Positions 25,636 to 28,077 of a stretch of 28,077 nucleotides of DNA are shown here, piece by piece. The position numbers and the translations under genes are program-made. Under the pieces are notes generated by a model. That model worked only from the letters and a program-made list of their open reading frames with translations. It had not been told where the DNA came from and ran no database searches. The stretch spans positions 1-28,077 of the forward strand of contig JAEOTQ010000207.1 of assembly GCA_016839785.1 (NCBI GenBank), given 5' to 3'. The first letter of the stretch is position 1; each line of letters begins with the position of its first letter. Source of the DNA: Candidatus Hodarchaeota archaeon (GTDB lineage: Archaea; Asgardarchaeota; Heimdallarchaeia; Hodarchaeales; Hodarchaeaceae).

Positions 25636-27855
25636 ATGTTGAGAAAGACAATTTTGAGTTTTATATTCGTATTTTTACTTTTTTCAATTTTTGGTACTGT
25701 AGTAAATTTACAGGTAAGCGGAAAAATAAATGAAAACGTCTCTATTGCAATTATTTTTGCATCAGGAGGACTTGATGATAAAGGTTTTAATGACGCAGCT
25801 TATGAAGGATTAGTTCAAGCAAATACAACATATACAGGACAATTCAACTATACATACGTTGAACCCAGTAGTATTGATGAATTTGCTACATATCAACAAA
25901 CTTTGGCTTCTGAAGGACATGATTTAATCATCTGCATAGGATTCTTCCAAGAGAATACTTTGGATCAAACAGCGCAAATGTATCCTAATCAGCGGTTTAC
26001 CCTTATTGATGGTATAGTAAATCGTCCAAATGTATCTTCGATCACATTTAAAGAGGAAGAAGGATCATTCTTAGTAGGTGCAATGGCGGGAATGACCACT
26101 CAGACCAATAAGATAAGTTTCTTTGGTGGAATGAATATTCCACTAATCAACAGATTCTTAGCTGGATATGAACAAGGGGCGATGTTAATGAACGGTGGAG
26201 TTGATATAACCGTAACTTATACGCCAAATGCATCAGATTCTTGGGGTGATGTAACAAGTGGGCAACGTGTTGGAAAACGATTATATGGTGAAGGGAATGA
26301 TGTTGTTTATACAGCAGCTGGTGTATCTGGCCATGGTGTTATTCAAGCAGCTAGTGATTTTCCTGATGTTTATGCTATTGGTGTTGACCAAGATCAGGAT
26401 TATATGAATCCTGGAAAAGTTCTCTGTTCCATGATAAAGAGGGTAGATATTGCGGTTTTCAATGCTATTGAGGGGATTATTCAGGGTACATGGACTCCTG
26501 GTCATACTCAATTAGGTCTTGCTGAAGATGGACTCGATATTAGTCCAATGACTTACACTAATACGATCAAAACAGGCTATTATGATTTCAAGGGTATTAA
26601 CCAAACACGCTGGGATTGGATAGTAGACATAAAACAGAATATCACTGATGGCACTATCAGCGTTTCTGATACTCCTTCTTCCCCCCCATATTTTCCGTCA
26701 GTGGCACTAATATTTGGTCCAGGGGGAAAAGATGATGATATCTTTAACTCAGCCGCATTTGACGGTTTGGAAAGGGTGTTTAATGATTATATTGGCTCTT
26801 TTCTATATAAATACGTAGAACCAGCCACTCCTGATGTTTTTGGATCACATCAACGAAATCTTGCAGCTGAGGGCCATGACTTGATAATTTGTATTGGATT
26901 CTTCCATACATCACCTTTGAATAGTACCTCCAGTCTTTACCCCACTCGAAAATTCAGTTTGATTGATGATGTTTTAGATCGCCCAAATGTGGCTTCAATC
27001 ACATTTAAAATGCAGGAAGGCTCTTTTCTAGTTGGTGCAATGGCTGCTATGACCACACAAACCAACAAAGTAGGATTTTTAGGTGGATTGAATAATTATC
27101 CCATTAATAAATATCTTGCTGGATATCAACAGGGAATTCAGTATATTAATGAGGAAGTTTTAACTTCTGTGGCCTATAGTCCTAATCCTGCTGAACCATG
27201 GACGGATACTTTTGGTGGTAGGTTAACTGGAGACGATCTTTATGATCAGGGGCATGACATGATTTATACAGCAGCGGGATTCGGGACAGGATTAGGTGTA
27301 ATGGAGGCAGCATCGGAAAGAACAGGAGTTTTTGTTATCGGTGCCGAAGTTGATCAAGATGGTCTTTTTCCAGGTAATATATTGTGTTCAATGGTTAAAA
27401 AAAGTGGGACCGCAGTGTACAAAACAATTGAAGATCTCCTCCAAGGTTCATGGTCTGCAGGTAACGCTCAATTAGGTCTAGCTGAAGATGGTGTGGATAT
27501 TAGTCCGATGATGCATACAGCAGTCCTTCGGGATGGATTATATACGAAGGATACTGTCACTAAAACTCGTTGGGATTTTATCTCAGACATCAAGCAAATG
27601 ATAATAGCTGGCACACTGGCGGTCACTGATACACCTGATTGGTCTTCACTTTCTATATATGTACCTACTCCAGTAACTACAACTACTACGACAACTACAA
27701 CTACTACGACAACTATTTCAACCACTACTTCAACAACAGAACCGACAACAGAAGATGAAACCTCTACTACAATAAGCTTAACAAGTTGGTCTGGATTTGT
27801 GCCATTTTTCGTCATTATCTCATTAATAATTATCAGTAAACGAAGAAAAAATTGA
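25636..27855 (+). CDS. Tandem double BMP (PnrA/TmpC-like) substrate-binding protein with Thr-rich linker and C-terminal TM anchor
   Basis: Two copies of GG.DD..FN.AA..G, DLIICIGF, ITFK..EGSFLVGAMA.MTTQTNK, Y.AAG..G.G, LCSM.K and GLAEDG.DISPM, offset by about 960 bp. There is no lipobox Cys. The tail is SWSGF-TM-KRRKN. Confidence 0.92.
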   Translation: MLRKTILSFIFVFLLFSIFGTVVNLQVSGKINENVSIAIIFASGGLDDKGFNDAAYEGLVQANTTYTGQFNYTYVEPSSIDEFATYQQTLASEGHDLIICIGFFQENTLDQTAQMYPNQRFTLIDGIVNRPNVSSITFKEEEGSFLVGAMAGMTTQTNKISFFGGMNIPLINRFLAGYEQGAMLMNGGVDITVTYTPNASDSWGDVTSGQRVGKRLYGEGNDVVYTAAGVSGHGVIQAASDFPDVYAIGVDQDQDYMNPGKVLCSMIKRVDIAVFNAIEGIIQGTWTPGHTQLGLAEDGLDISPMTYTNTIKTGYYDFKGINQTRWDWIVDIKQNITDGTISVSDTPSSPPYFPSVALIFGPGGKDDDIFNSAAFDGLERVFNDYIGSFLYKYVEPATPDVFGSHQRNLAAEGHDLIICIGFFHTSPLNSTSSLYPTRKFSLIDDVLDRPNVASITFKMQEGSFLVGAMAAMTTQTNKVGFLGGLNNYPINKYLAGYQQGIQYINEEVLTSVAYSPNPAEPWTDTFGGRLTGDDLYDQGHDMIYTAAGFGTGLGVMEAASERTGVFVIGAEVDQDGLFPGNILCSMVKKSGTAVYKTIEDLLQGSWSAGNAQLGLAEDGVDISPMMHTAVLRDGLYTKDTVTKTRWDFISDIKQMIIAGTLAVTDTPDWSSLSIYVPTPVTTTTTTTTTTTTTISTTTSTTEPTTEDETSTTISLTSWSGFVPFFVIISLIIISKRRKN
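27676..27715. repeat. 18-bp tandem repeat (2.2 copies) in the poly-Thr linker
   Basis: actacaactactacgaca at 27676-27693 and 27694-27711, plus acta. Confidence 0.85.
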
Positions 27856-28077
27856 GAGGAACAATAGCAATCTAATATGGAAACTTTACCCAACTTCATT
27901 GATATAATTTATCGTTCCTCTCCCTGTTTACACATAATAGATGTGTATTAACCAACATTAAAAGACATTGTATTGACGATTGTACTATATTCTGGGGTAT
28001 ATCCAACCAGTACTTCGTAACTATGGGAGAAGGTAATAAGCATGAAATCTCGAAGGGGAAAGACTTAAATGTGGAGA

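Noticed and set aside
1601-27899. Short ORF-track entries inside longer genes (e.g. 1601..1933, 2625..2900, 4492..4746, 16832..17083, 23474..23821, 27468..27899)
   Set aside because: They lie antisense or out of frame within well-supported genes and have no motifs. The poly-Val in 27468..27899 is the reverse of the poly-Thr linker.
24915-27954. Additional TAACCA half-sites (near 24915, 25509 and 27949; also TGGTTA near 14315)
   Set aside because: They lack the second half-site at N4 spacing, and a 6-mer is expected by chance in AT-rich DNA.

Overview
AT-rich, gene-dense archaeal chromosomal segment. An Asgard (Heimdallarchaeia/Hodarchaeales-like) origin is inferred from the type II MetAP, TATA-type promoters, GGTG/GGAGG ribosome-binding sites, 40-aa TPR protein and PGF-like C-terminal sorting tails. 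The left half is a peptidase/transport region: map, a DHA2 MFS pump, TauE/SafE, a DUF4910/M28-like peptidase, an M24 peptidase, an alpha/beta hydrolase, a heterodimeric ABC exporter and an anchored M28 peptidase. The right half looks accessory: a TPR-nitrilase fusion, an ICMT-family methyltransferase, three anchored surface proteins (SBBP propeller, DUF3160, second propeller) behind an HTH/Cys-motif regulator, a broken E2 acyltransferase remnant and a tandem double-BMP binding protein. Items absent from the ORF track: a 5' edge surface-protein gene ending in TPGF (1..1073, -), a 44-aa four-Cys ORF with its own promoter and RBS (3888..4022), a 2-TM ORF with an internal TGA (17330..17551), twin TAACCA-N4-TGGTTA palindromes at the regulator start, and a 30-bp direct repeat (28/30 identical) that brackets the regulator-propeller-DUF3160 block. 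I saw no rRNA, tRNA, CRISPR array, integrase or transposase. All family calls come from motif recognition by eye, not from database searches.
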